Shown here one piece after another: positions 28,551 through 37,668 of a stretch of 64,000 bases of DNA; the first letter of the stretch is position 1, and each line of letters starts with the position of its first letter. The notes beneath the pieces are model-generated. The model did not search any database and was not told the DNA's origin. It was given only the letters and a program-made list of their open reading frames with translations. Location: assembly GCA_030041455.1 (NCBI GenBank), contig JASHNV010000058.1, positions 6,453 to 70,452 on the forward strand. Direction: 5' to 3'. Origin of the DNA: Spirochaetia bacterium (lineage in GTDB: Bacteria > Spirochaetota > Spirochaetia > DAHUYW01). Made by a program: the position numbers and the translations under genes.

Positions 28551-29414
28551 TTAGCTCCAACGCCGCTTTTCGATCAGGCGTATTGTCATGAACAGGAAGA
28601 ACGCGCTGAAGGAGAGATAGTAAACGACCGAATCGAGTTTCAGGAGCCCGCGAGTGAAGTCCTGATAGCGCTTGAGGAGGGAAAACCAGGCGAGGACGTT
28701 CCCGATGAACCCGGTGAAGACCGAGTTGTCGAACAGGACGAGAAGCACGATGATGATGGCTCCGAGCAGGACTACCGCGCCTCCCAGATAGAGACTCTTG
28801 GTCGAAAAGTAGATCCAGACCGCGACGCCGACGGCGATCGCCGCGGCGAAAACGAGGCCGGAGGTGGAATCGGTCGGGACGCCGTTCTGTATCGCGTCCA
28901 TGATCCAGAAGATGAGCAGCGCGGCGAACGTCACGATCGCCGAGACGACCTGGTTCTCGGTCGTCGCCGAGACGAAGATGCCGACCGCGATGAAGGAGCA
29001 GCCGACGAGCAGGAAGCCGATGTAGCCGCCGATCGTGGCCGACGTGTCGAGATCGCCGAAGATCGCGATGACGACCGCGTAAAGGATCGTGATCGCCATG
29101 GTAACCACGAACACGAAAAGGGCGGCAAGGTATTTCCCGAGGACGATCTCCGTGATCTTTATCGGGCTCGTGAGCAGGAGCTGGTCGGTCCTCATCCGCA
29201 TTTCCTCGGTGAGGAGGCGCATCGTGAGGACCGGCACCGCGAGGAGGAACATGAAGAGGATGCTCCCGAGGAAGCCGGTGAACTGTGAGCTGAGGGAGAC
29301 GAGGTTTCCGAAGGCAAAAAGGACGCCGCCCACGAGCAGGAAAAGACTCATGAAGATGTACCCGGAAGGCGTTTGATAGTAGGCCCGAAGCTCACGTTTG
29401 AAGATTGCGAGCAT
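28551..29414 (-). CDS. GldF-like ABC-2 permease
   Basis: MLAIFKRELRAYY, PVLTMRLLTEE...TDQLLLTSP, SATTENQVV. Confidence 0.9.
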   Translation of the reverse strand: MLAIFKRELRAYYQTPSGYIFMSLFLLVGGVLFAFGNLVSLSSQFTGFLGSILFMFLLAVPVLTMRLLTEEMRMRTDQLLLTSPIKITEIVLGKYLAALFVFVVTMAITILYAVVIAIFGDLDTSATIGGYIGFLLVGCSFIAVGIFVSATTENQVVSAIVTFAALLIFWIMDAIQNGVPTDSTSGLVFAAAIAVGVAVWIYFSTKSLYLGGAVVLLGAIIIVLLVLFDNSVFTGFIGNVLAWFSLLKRYQDFTRGLLKLDSVVYYLSFSAFFLFMTIRLIEKRRWS

Positions 29415-29417
29415 TTG

Positions 29418-30365
29418 TTAGGATACCTCCTGTTCGGTGGTGGTAAGCTGGAGGAAAATGTCCTCGAGCGACAGGTCCATGGGCCTCATGATGAGGATGG
29501 GATGCCCGGCCTTGCTCATTGCGAGGAAAACCTCCCGGCGAAGATCCTTCTCCTGCTCGGCCTCGAGCAGCACGTCCACCGCGCTCTCCTCGGTCGATTT
29601 CTGAACCTGGACGTCGCGGACGCCGGGAATCGCCTGCAGCGCGGATTTGACCTCGCGCGCCGGACCGTCGATCCGCAGCGACAGGCGGCTCTTCCCGGAG
29701 AGGCGGTGGGAGAGGTTCTTCGGAGTGTCGGTCGCGACGATCTTACCCCGATTGATGATGAGCACTCGCTCGCAGACGGCGCTCACCTCGGGAAGGATGT
29801 GCGAGCTCAGCACGACGGTGTGCTCCTTGCCGAGCGATTTGATGAGGTTTCGAATCTCGATGATCTCCTTCGGGTCCAAGCCGATCGTAGGCTCATCGAG
29901 GATGAGGAGCGGCGGATTGCCGATGAGCGCCTGGGCGAGGCCCACGCGCTGCTTGAATCCCTTGGAGAGATTCTTGATGAGGCGCTTGCGCACGTCCCCG
30001 ATCCGCACGACGTCGAGCACCTTCTCGAGGCTCGAGCGGAAATCCGCCTTCGCAGTGCCCTTAATTTCGCCTACGAAGTTCAAATACTCGATGACCGTCA
30101 TGTCCGGATAGAGCGGCGGGAGCTCCGGGAGGTAGCCGATCTTTTTCTTGACCTCTTCCGGGCGCTCGAGCACGTCGAGGCCGTCGACGAAGATCTTCCC
30201 GTCGCTCGCCGAAAGGTACCCCGTGATGATGTTCATCGTCGTGGATTTGCCGGCCCCGTTCGGTCCGAGGAAGCCGAGGATCTCGCCCTTCTCGGTGCTG
30301 AAGGTGAGATTGTCAATTGCTACATGCCGGCCGTAGCGCTTGGTCAAATTTTCCGCACGTATCAA
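29418..30365 (-). CDS. GldA-like ABC transporter ATP-binding protein
   Basis: GPNGAGKST, GYLPELPPLY, LSKGFKQRVGLAQA, DEPTIGLDP, SLEDIFLQLT. Confidence 0.95.
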   Translation of the reverse strand: MIRAENLTKRYGRHVAIDNLTFSTEKGEILGFLGPNGAGKSTTMNIITGYLSASDGKIFVDGLDVLERPEEVKKKIGYLPELPPLYPDMTVIEYLNFVGEIKGTAKADFRSSLEKVLDVVRIGDVRKRLIKNLSKGFKQRVGLAQALIGNPPLLILDEPTIGLDPKEIIEIRNLIKSLGKEHTVVLSSHILPEVSAVCERVLIINRGKIVATDTPKNLSHRLSGKSRLSLRIDGPAREVKSALQAIPGVRDVQVQKSTEESAVDVLLEAEQEKDLRREVFLAMSKAGHPILIMRPMDLSLEDIFLQLTTTEQEVS

Positions 30366-30398
30366 TCCTTACGCCTCCTGCATTTGGTGATTTCACCC

Positions 30399-30428
30399 AG
30401 GATACCCGGAGGCGCTCGGAGGTGTCAA
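30399..30428 (-). promoter_or_regulatory. sigma70-like promoter of the Gld-like ABC operon
   Basis: TTGACA-18 bp-TATCCT on the minus strand. Confidence 0.5.
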
Positions 30429-30474
30429 GGCAACTCGATCGTGCGTCGTGGAGCGAGTCCCGGAATCCGCGCGC

Positions 30475-30972
30475 TCAGGCGTCCGGCCGGGGGACAGCGA
30501 GAGCTCCAAGGGCAATCGCCTTCGCCGCCGCTTCGTAGACGCGCTTGATCGGGACCTTCGCCTCGCGGGCGAGGCGTCTGCAGTCCTCATACTCCGGCGA
30601 GAGCTGGACGGACTCGCCCCGGAAGAAGCCCTCCTTCACGGAGACGCTTCCCCACTCGGTCTGAACGGCGAAGAAGCGTCGCTCGAGGCGATGCATCGTG
30701 ACCGGGTAATAGCGCACGCCGAGCGTCGTCGTCTCCCGGAAGACGACTTCTTTCACCCTATCGAGGAGACCGGCTTCGCAGAGAACCTGAAGCAACGCGC
30801 CGGGCCGGTTCTTCTTCATGTAGACCGGCGTGTAGAACGCGTCGTTCACGCCGATCTCGAAGAGACGCTCGAGGACATAGCCGAGCAGCGTCGCGGGAGC
30901 GTCGTCAAGGTTGACCTCGACCTTCAGCATCCGCTTGTCGACATGCTCGCCCAGGTCGGAGGCGGGAGCCAT
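30475..30972 (-). CDS. larC: nickel insertion protein LarC, C-terminal part (LarC2)
   Basis: EVNLDD, PVYMKKNRPG, FRETTTLGVR, PEYEDC. Confidence 0.9.
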   Translation of the reverse strand: MAPASDLGEHVDKRMLKVEVNLDDAPATLLGYVLERLFEIGVNDAFYTPVYMKKNRPGALLQVLCEAGLLDRVKEVVFRETTTLGVRYYPVTMHRLERRFFAVQTEWGSVSVKEGFFRGESVQLSPEYEDCRRLAREAKVPIKRVYEAAAKAIALGALAVPRPDA

Positions 30973-31785
30973 CTACTTCGCGCCCGCGGCCGGGGTACCG
31001 AGAACCGCGCGCAGAACGTTCGGGTGGGTCGCGTAGTCCCGGTTTCCGGCGCCGTAGCCGACGGCTTCGACGGTCATGGAGGGAAGCGGGCCGCGCTCGG
31101 AGGCGAACGTGGCGAGGAAGGCGGCTCCGGTCGGCGTGGTGATCTCGCCCTCCACGGCGCTCGCCCGAATCGGGTAGCTCCTGAGAAGCTCGAGCGTCGC
31201 GGGCGCCGGAACCGGATAGAGTCCGTGCATCGTTCGGACCATGCCCGTCCCTAGGGGCACCGGCGATGCGACGACCCGCTCGATTCGCAGGGCGCCGAGG
31301 AGGATCGACGCGCAGACGATGTCGACGATCGAGTCGATCGCGCCGATCTCGTGGAAATGAACCTGCTCGAGCGGGATTCCGTGGATCTTTGCCTCGGCTT
31401 TCCCGAGGGAGGTGAAGACGGCGACCGCCCGCTCGCAGGCGGCATCCTCCAACCGCGCCGAACGGATGAGCTCGACGATCTCGCCGTACCCGCGAGGCTC
31501 GTGATCATGGGGGTGATCATGGGGGTGATGGCGCTCCTCGTGACGGTCGCGGGACTCCGCTCCTTGAGGCAACTGTCCAGCGGCGGGTCGAACGTCGAAC
31601 TTCAGCGCGGACACGCCGGTCTTCACCACCCGATCCCAGCCGAGGGAATACTCCGAGGAGAGTCCGAGCTTCGCAAGCTCGCGCTCGAGGGCGGCGACAT
31701 CCGCCCCGAGATCCGCGAGCGCCGCGACGGTCATGTCGCCGCTGATGCCCGCAAAGCAGTCGAGGTACAGTATTCGCTCACTCAT
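30973..31785 (-). CDS. larC: nickel insertion protein LarC, N-terminal part (LarC1)
   Basis: LYLDCFAGISGDM, His-rich HEERHHPHDHPHDH, AEAKIHG...VHFHEIGAIDSIVDI, HG.YPVPAPATLE, TPTGAA, GYGAG. Confidence 0.9.
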   Translation of the reverse strand: MSERILYLDCFAGISGDMTVAALADLGADVAALERELAKLGLSSEYSLGWDRVVKTGVSALKFDVRPAAGQLPQGAESRDRHEERHHPHDHPHDHEPRGYGEIVELIRSARLEDAACERAVAVFTSLGKAEAKIHGIPLEQVHFHEIGAIDSIVDIVCASILLGALRIERVVASPVPLGTGMVRTMHGLYPVPAPATLELLRSYPIRASAVEGEITTPTGAAFLATFASERGPLPSMTVEAVGYGAGNRDYATHPNVLRAVLGTPAAGAK

Positions 31786-32548
31786 CCGCCACTCCGCTTC
31801 GCTCAAGGGCGAGCCTGCATATCGAGGCGGCGATATAGCCGCCTCCGAAGCCGTTGTCGATGTTCACGACGCTGACCCCCGGCGCGCAGGCGTTCAGCAT
31901 CGTGAGGAGCCCGGCGAGCCCGCCGAAGCTCGCGCCGTAGCCCACGCTCGTCGGAACCGCGATGACGGGACGGGAGACAAGGCCCGCGACCACTCCGGGA
32001 AGCGCGCCCTCCATTCCGGCGACCACCACGGACGCGACGGCGCCCGCCACCGTCGGAAGCGACTGGAACAGGCGATGGATTCCCGCGACCCCGACGTCGC
32101 GGACTCGAATTGCCCGGTAGCCGAGCGCCTCGACGGTGGCGGCGGCCTCCTCGGCGACCGGCTGATCGAGGGTGCCCGCGCTCACGATCGCGACGTACTC
32201 CTCGCGCCCCCGCGGGGATTCGCCGGATCGAGCCCACGACAGAAGCCTTCCCGCCTCATGGTAGACGGCGTCGGGAGCGGCCCGCCTGACGTGCGCGGCG
32301 GCCTCGGGGGAGACGCGGGTAGCGAGCACCCGGCGGGAGCGCTCCATGAGGCCCGTGAAAAGCGCAAGGAGCTGCTCGGCCGTCTTGCCCTGGCCGTAGA
32401 CGACCTCGGCGACTCCGGTCCGGCGCTCGCGGTCGAGGTCGATCTTCGCGAACTCGAGCTCCTTGACCGGCTGAAGGAGCTTGAGCGCCGCGTCGACGGA
32501 AAGCTTCCCGTCGCGCACCTCCGCGAGGATTCGATCGAGCTCGACCAT
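31778..32548 (-). CDS. larB: nickel-pincer cofactor biosynthesis carboxylase/hydrolase LarB
   Basis: AKIDLDR..RTG..EVVY..GK, AGT.D.PVAEEA, DVGVAGIHRL, AGMEGAL, PTSVGYG, VNIDNGFG. Confidence 0.95.
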   Translation of the reverse strand: MVELDRILAEVRDGKLSVDAALKLLQPVKELEFAKIDLDRERRTGVAEVVYGQGKTAEQLLALFTGLMERSRRVLATRVSPEAAAHVRRAAPDAVYHEAGRLLSWARSGESPRGREEYVAIVSAGTLDQPVAEEAAATVEALGYRAIRVRDVGVAGIHRLFQSLPTVAGAVASVVVAGMEGALPGVVAGLVSRPVIAVPTSVGYGASFGGLAGLLTMLNACAPGVSVVNIDNGFGGGYIAASICRLALERSGVADE

Positions 32549-32562
32549 CCCCACGTCCTCCG

Positions 32563-33411
32563 CTATTCCAGCGTCCGGTTCATGCTGCCGCTCGCGTAGC
32601 CTTCGAGATCGAGCGTCACGAATCGGTAGCCGAGGGAACGGAGCCTGGCCGACAGGCTCTCCCGGTTCTCGATGATCTTGGCGAAGTCCTCGGGAGCGAC
32701 CTCCACCCGCGCGATGTCGTTATGCGTCCGCACGCGGACTTGGCTGATGCCCAACGCGAGGACAAACGCCTCCGCCTGCTCGATCATGGAAAGTTTCTCC
32801 TTTGTGAGATGCTCGCCGAAAGCAACCCGCGACGACAGACAGGCGAGCGACGGCTTGTCCCAGTTCGGAAGCCCGAGCTCGCGGGCGAGCCTCCGCACCT
32901 CGGTCTTCCCGAGAAGCGCCTCCTGGAGGGGACCTCGCGCCCCCTTCTCGACGGCGGCGCGGATGCCGGGCCGGAAGTCGCCGAGGTCGTCGGTGATCAG
33001 TCCGTAGACCACGTGGCCGAGGCCGTGCTCGGCTTGGATCGGCTGAAGGTGCTCGAAGAGATTACGCCGGCAGAAATAGCAGCGCCCGCGGCCGTTCTCG
33101 GCGTACCCGGGGATCGACAGCTCCGAGGTCTCGATGACCCGGTGGCGGGCGCCGAGCGCGCGCGCAAGCTCGATCGCCGCCTCGCGCTCGCGGGAGGGAT
33201 AGGTCTCCGAATCGGCGGTCACGGCGAGCACTCGCTCCCGGCCGAGCTCGTCGAGCGCCACCTTGAGGAGGAGCGTGCTGTCCACGCCTCCCGAGAACGC
33301 GACGAGAGCGCTCCGAAGCTCCCTCGTGATGGTTCTCAAACGCTCGTACTTCTCTCGAAGAGGAGGCGACGTCTCGGACGGATCGGGCCGCCTCGCACCT
33401 ATTGCTCGCAC
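32563..33411 (-). CDS. larE: ATP-dependent sulfur transferase LarE
   Basis: PP-loop AFSGGVDS, RCYFC, DD..DFRPG, WDKPSLACLSSR, QVRVR.H..IARVE; GTG at 33411 after GGAAGGAG. Confidence 0.95.
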   Translation of the reverse strand: MRAIGARRPDPSETSPPLREKYERLRTITRELRSALVAFSGGVDSTLLLKVALDELGRERVLAVTADSETYPSREREAAIELARALGARHRVIETSELSIPGYAENGRGRCYFCRRNLFEHLQPIQAEHGLGHVVYGLITDDLGDFRPGIRAAVEKGARGPLQEALLGKTEVRRLARELGLPNWDKPSLACLSSRVAFGEHLTKEKLSMIEQAEAFVLALGISQVRVRTHNDIARVEVAPEDFAKIIENRESLSARLRSLGYRFVTLDLEGYASGSMNRTLE

Positions 33412-33659
33412 CGAACAATCTCCTTCCCGTGGCTCCAAAGTAATCCATTCGCCGTGGAGCGTCTACCGCACGCACGTAGGACGCATGAACTCCTCCCGCA
33501 GGGTCTCGTGGTCTCGATCTGGCCTTGAAGCTTTCTCGTTGCCGTCCGGATGCCCGCCTTCTTCACGCGGCGGATCGTCGCGCGCAGGCGCCCGTGAAAA
33601 CGATGTCGCGAACGGCGCTCCGTTCATGAGTGTCTCCGCATCGGCGCGATGGCAGGCGA

Positions 33660-34259
33660 GCCTACGCCGTCGGCAACGGCGTCCGTCCTTGGCGCTCGTT
33701 TGTTCCAGGGAATCGAGAAGCGACCGGGCCTCCTCCGAAAGCCCGGTCTCGATTCGATCGTGCGGCTCGGTGACCAACGTCGCGACCGGGATCGCGCGGC
33801 GGATATACCGTCCGGCGAGGCTGAGGAGATAGCGCCGCGTCGCACGCTCGGCGAGCGAGCTGATCGAGTCGATCTCTCCTTGAGAGGACTTCGGCTTCTT
33901 CGGGAACGATCACGAGCCGGCGCGCCGGCGCCCCGAGGTTCATCGGGTAGCGCTGGACGCTTCCGCGACAGAACGTGCATTTCTCGCGCAACCGCGAGGC
34001 CGGGGGTCGTGATGTCCACCCGTTCTGCTCTGCGCGGAAAAGCTTCCCGGCGAGGGCGGAGGCCTCCTCCGGAGACAACGCGACGGGGAGCCGCTCGCCT
34101 GAAGACGGTTCACCGCTTCGTAGACGTTCGGCCGCGGAATCCTCGACACCCTCGCGAGATCGTATCCGTTCGATGTCGTCCTTGCGCGCAACGCCCCTAT
34201 GCCTGCGCCTCGTACCGAGAAAAGCCGAGCTTGATGAGCTCGTGAATCGTGTGGCGCAT
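33660..34259 (-). pseudogene. TrmB-family transcriptional regulator pseudogene
   Basis: GGAGGAGG-ATG at 34259: MRHTIHELIKLGFSRYEAQA, then a 1-nt frameshift to NGYDLARVSRIPRPNVYEAVNRL (TrmB HTH); further shifts downstream; 3' limit approximate. Confidence 0.75.
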
Positions 34260-34399
34260 GTCCCTCCTCCGATCGCGGCAGGTAGTACGCCCACGAGCGG
34301 GAGATCGCGAAATCGAGCCTCGGTCACGGGTAGTGCTCGATCCGGGCTGGGGCAACCCTTCTTCACTTCCGGCGACGGTGATAGAATGCGGTACTTATC

Positions 34400-35608
34400 G
34401 TGATTGTCTGGAAGCGAAACCTGTACGCGATCTGGGCGGCCGAGCTTCTCGCCATAGCGGGGTTCAGCACGTCGATGCCCATCATTCCCTTCTACCTGCA
34501 GTCGATGGGCGTGCGCTCGCCCCACCGACTGAACGTGTGGGTCGGGCTCATCCAGTCGACGGCCTCGATCGCGCTCGGTCTGGTGGCGCCCGTTTGGGGG
34601 AGAGTGGCGGATTCCTACGGGAGGCGGCCGATGCTGCTCCGCGCGATGTTCGGCGGCGCGCTGATCATCGCGCTCATGGGATTCGTGACCAAGCCCTGGC
34701 AGCTCCTCGTCCTGCGGATCGTTCAGGGCCTTCTCACGGGCACCGTGAGCGCCGCGACGGTCCTCGTCGCCTCGACGGTACCCGAAAAGGAGCTCGGCTC
34801 CAGCATGGGGCTTCTCCAGAGCGCGGTGTTCGTCGGCGCGTCCCTCGGGCCGCTGATCGGCGGATTCATCTCCGACTTCGCCGGCAACCGTTTCAATTTC
34901 TTCGTCACCTCGCTCATGCTCGTCTCCGCCGGTCTCCTCGTGTTGGGCTTCGTGCGGGAGGACTTCGTTCCGCGAAAAGCGCCGGGAAGCCCGTTGAAGA
35001 ATCTCATTCCGAACTTCGCGATCGTGATCGAATCGCGGACGCTCCTCACGCTCGTATTCGTCGGGTTCGCCGTCCAGGTCGCCAACTCGATCGTCAATCC
35101 GATCCTCCCGCTGTTCATCCAGAAAATCAACTCGGCTCAGGCCTTCGTCGCCACGACCTCGGGCTTGATCATCGGGCTCGGAGCATTGAGCTCAGCGGTG
35201 GCTTCCGTCGTGATCGGGCGGGTGAGCGGGCGGATGGGCTACCAGCGAGCGGTGGTCATCTGCATCGGGGGCGCATGCCTTCTCTACATTCCGCAGGCCT
35301 TCGTGACCACGGCGACCCAGCTTCTCGTCCTGAGAATGCTCGAGGAGTTTTTTCTCGGAGGGACGATGCCGTCGGTGAACGCTCTCATCGCGCGCAACAC
35401 CGAGAGGGAGGCCCAAGGATCGGTCTACGGGATCAACACGAGCGTGAGCTCGGCGGGCGGCGCGCTCGGTCCGGCCCTCGGCGCCTCGGCCGCGATTCTG
35501 TTCGGATACTCGGGCCCCTTCCTCGGAACCGCAGGCATGCTCCTCGTCACGTCGGTCGCGATCATGACGGTGCTGCGCCGGAGGGGCTCGGGAGCGTCCT
35601 CGCGTTGA
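34400..35608 (+). CDS. MFS transporter, DHA1 family (MdtG-like)
   Basis: WKRNL...W, PVWGRVADSYGRRPMLLRA, GPLIGG; 12 TM pattern. Confidence 0.9.
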   Translation: MIVWKRNLYAIWAAELLAIAGFSTSMPIIPFYLQSMGVRSPHRLNVWVGLIQSTASIALGLVAPVWGRVADSYGRRPMLLRAMFGGALIIALMGFVTKPWQLLVLRIVQGLLTGTVSAATVLVASTVPEKELGSSMGLLQSAVFVGASLGPLIGGFISDFAGNRFNFFVTSLMLVSAGLLVLGFVREDFVPRKAPGSPLKNLIPNFAIVIESRTLLTLVFVGFAVQVANSIVNPILPLFIQKINSAQAFVATTSGLIIGLGALSSAVASVVIGRVSGRMGYQRAVVICIGGACLLYIPQAFVTTATQLLVLRMLEEFFLGGTMPSVNALIARNTEREAQGSVYGINTSVSSAGGALGPALGASAAILFGYSGPFLGTAGMLLVTSVAIMTVLRRRGSGASSR

Positions 35609-35649
35609 GCTCCCGGCGGAGCGGAGCTCGCGAGCGTTCCTTGACGCCG

Positions 35650-36110
35650 ATTCCCATCCGGTAGCCTCCGTGAGGGGCGGGGTTCGGCGACGGGCGCCCT
35701 CCGGATTCCGCGGCGAAGGCGCCGAATCCGGGCTCCCTGTCGATCGCGCCCGCTTTCAGCGTCTCCTGAAACGCTCCTTGGCTCATCGCGAGCGCGACGA
35801 AGCGCCCCGCGTCGCGCGTCTCGACGCCGTGGAAGACGACCTCCTTCGAGAAGCGGAACGAGACCCGAGGCGCCCGGACGCCCGCGGGCCGTCTCCGGGT
35901 CCCGGGCGAAGAGCTCATGAGAGAGCCGCTCGGGCTCCGCCCCGATCGAAGCGGGCCGGTCGCAGTCGTAGGTTGCGAAGACGCCCGCGGGAGGAGGGCG
36001 CGGCGGAACTCCCGACGGGAGGCTTCAGGCTCCACCCGGTGAAAGGGCTGCGAGCAGGTGAGGATGTCCGCCACGAGTCGGCGAGGGAAATGCGCGTCAG
36101 TCGCCCGAGG
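35650..36110 (-). pseudogene. class I SAM-dependent methyltransferase remnant
   Basis: ADILTCSQPFH.VEPE...RALLP, frameshift to GVFATYDCD.P, then FRFSKEVVFH.VE...RFVALAMSQG; N-terminus missing; limits approximate. Confidence 0.6.
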
Positions 36111-36228
36111 CGGGATCGCACGTCGGATCGACGTCGCGGAAGCGCCTGAATCACGGCGACTCGCGCGGCAAGCACGCCGGCTTGAACAGCGAGTCCGTTG
36201 TCGGTAGGATGACAACCACGGACGGGAC

Positions 36229-37107
36229 ATGCCGGAACAAGCCGCCGAGAGACGCCGCGAGACAGCAATTCTCCTCCTTTCGTGCCGGGACACCCGCGGG
36301 ATCGTGGCGGAGATCTCGCACTTCATCTTCGCGTATGACGGGAACATCCTCCACTCCGACCAGCACTTCGACGGGGAGACGCGAACCTTCTTCATGCGCA
36401 TCGAGTGGGATCTCGAGCTCTTCTCGATTCCGAAGGAGAAAATCGCGGCCGCCTTCGAGCCCATTGCGGTCAAGTTCGCGATGAGCTGGCGCCTCGAGCT
36501 CTCTTCCAAGCGGGCGCGCATCGCGATTTTCGTCTCGGGATTCGATCACTGCCTCTACGAGCTTCTGATCCGCAACCGCTCGGGGGAGCTCAACGCCGAG
36601 ATTCCCCTCATCATCGGCAACCACGAGACCGCCGAGCCGATTGCCCGCTATTTCGACGTGCCGTTTCATCTCTTCAAGGTGACGGAGGACGGAAAGCGCG
36701 AGGCCGAGGCGCGCCAGCTCGCGCTCCTGCGAGAAAACCGGATCGATCTCGTCGTCCTTGCCCGCTACATGCAGATCCTCGGGGAGGGCTTCGTGTCCGA
36801 GTTTCGCGACCGCATCATCAACATCCACCACTCGTTTCTTCCCGCTTTCGTCGGCGCCCGGCCCTATCACCAGGCGCACTCGCGGGGAGTGAAGATCATC
36901 GGGGCGACGAGCCACTACGTCACCGCGGAGCTCGATCAGGGGCCGATCATCGAGCAGGACGTCGCGCGCATAACGCACCGCGACTCCGTCGGCGACCTCA
37001 TCCTCAAGGGGAAAAATCTCGAAAAGCTCGTCCTGTCGCGCGCGGTCAAGCTCCACCTCGATCACAAGATTCTCGTGTTCGGCAACAAGACCGTGGTGTT
37101 TGACTGA
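36229..37107 (+). CDS. purU: formyltetrahydrofolate deformylase
   Basis: ACT domain (SCRD.RGIVA), HCLYELL, VLARYMQIL, INIHHSFLPAF.GA.PY.QA, GATSHYVT..LDQGPIIEQ. Confidence 0.97.
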   Translation: MPEQAAERRRETAILLLSCRDTRGIVAEISHFIFAYDGNILHSDQHFDGETRTFFMRIEWDLELFSIPKEKIAAAFEPIAVKFAMSWRLELSSKRARIAIFVSGFDHCLYELLIRNRSGELNAEIPLIIGNHETAEPIARYFDVPFHLFKVTEDGKREAEARQLALLRENRIDLVVLARYMQILGEGFVSEFRDRIINIHHSFLPAFVGARPYHQAHSRGVKIIGATSHYVTAELDQGPIIEQDVARITHRDSVGDLILKGKNLEKLVLSRAVKLHLDHKILVFGNKTVVFD

Positions 37108-37129
37108 CGCGGCGGGAAGGAGGACGGCC

Positions 37130-37660
37130 GTGATCGAGGTCGAGGTCAAGGCGTGGGTCGAGGACCCCGCGGCGCTTGAGCGGGTCCTTTCGGCGCGCTT
37201 TCCCTTCGTCGGGACCTTCCGGAAGGAGGACGTGTATTTTCGCCTTCCCGGCGCGTCGAGCGAGTTCCGACTGCGGCGAGCGGAGGGCGAGTCGGTGGTG
37301 ACCGCGAAGGAGAAATCGATCGACTCGGGGGTCGAAGTGAACGTGGAAACCGAGTTTACGGTCTCCGACGCCGAGGCGTTCGAGCGCTTCGCCCGCGCGA
37401 TCGGCGCCGAGCCCTTCGTCCGCAAGACGAAGGTGGGGCGAGCCTACGGCGCGGAGGCGGTCCGCATCGAGCTTTCCGAGGTCGCGCGCCTCGGAACCTT
37501 CATCGAGATCGAGAAGCTCATCGACGAGGGGCGCGCCGCGGAGGCCTCCGCGGCGCGGAGCGAGCTCCTCGACCTCCTCGCGAGCCTCGGCGTCGGTCTC
37601 GAGAAGGTCGAGCGCCGCTACTACATCGACATGCTCATGGAGCGGGATCGGCGCGGCTGA
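37130..37660 (+). CDS. CYTH-domain protein (class IV adenylate cyclase-like)
   Basis: GGAGG then GTG at 37130; IEVEVK (ExExK), DVYF, RLR, LGTFIEIE. Confidence 0.85.
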   Translation: MIEVEVKAWVEDPAALERVLSARFPFVGTFRKEDVYFRLPGASSEFRLRRAEGESVVTAKEKSIDSGVEVNVETEFTVSDAEAFERFARAIGAEPFVRKTKVGRAYGAEAVRIELSEVARLGTFIEIEKLIDEGRAAEASAARSELLDLLASLGVGLEKVERRYYIDMLMERDRRG

Positions 37661-37668
37661 AGGCTTCG

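Noticed and set aside
22075-34200. In-frame TAG codons in the dehydrogenase, larC junction and trmB, suggesting amber recoding or pyrrolysine
   Set aside because: Many intact genes here end in TAG (for example at 5057, 7978, 43825, 60095), no pyl genes are present, and the trmB lesion needs a frameshift
35609-36228. ZTP (pfl) riboswitch upstream of purU
   Set aside because: No GACTGGCG...CGCCTGGG consensus; the gap is better explained by a minus-strand methyltransferase remnant
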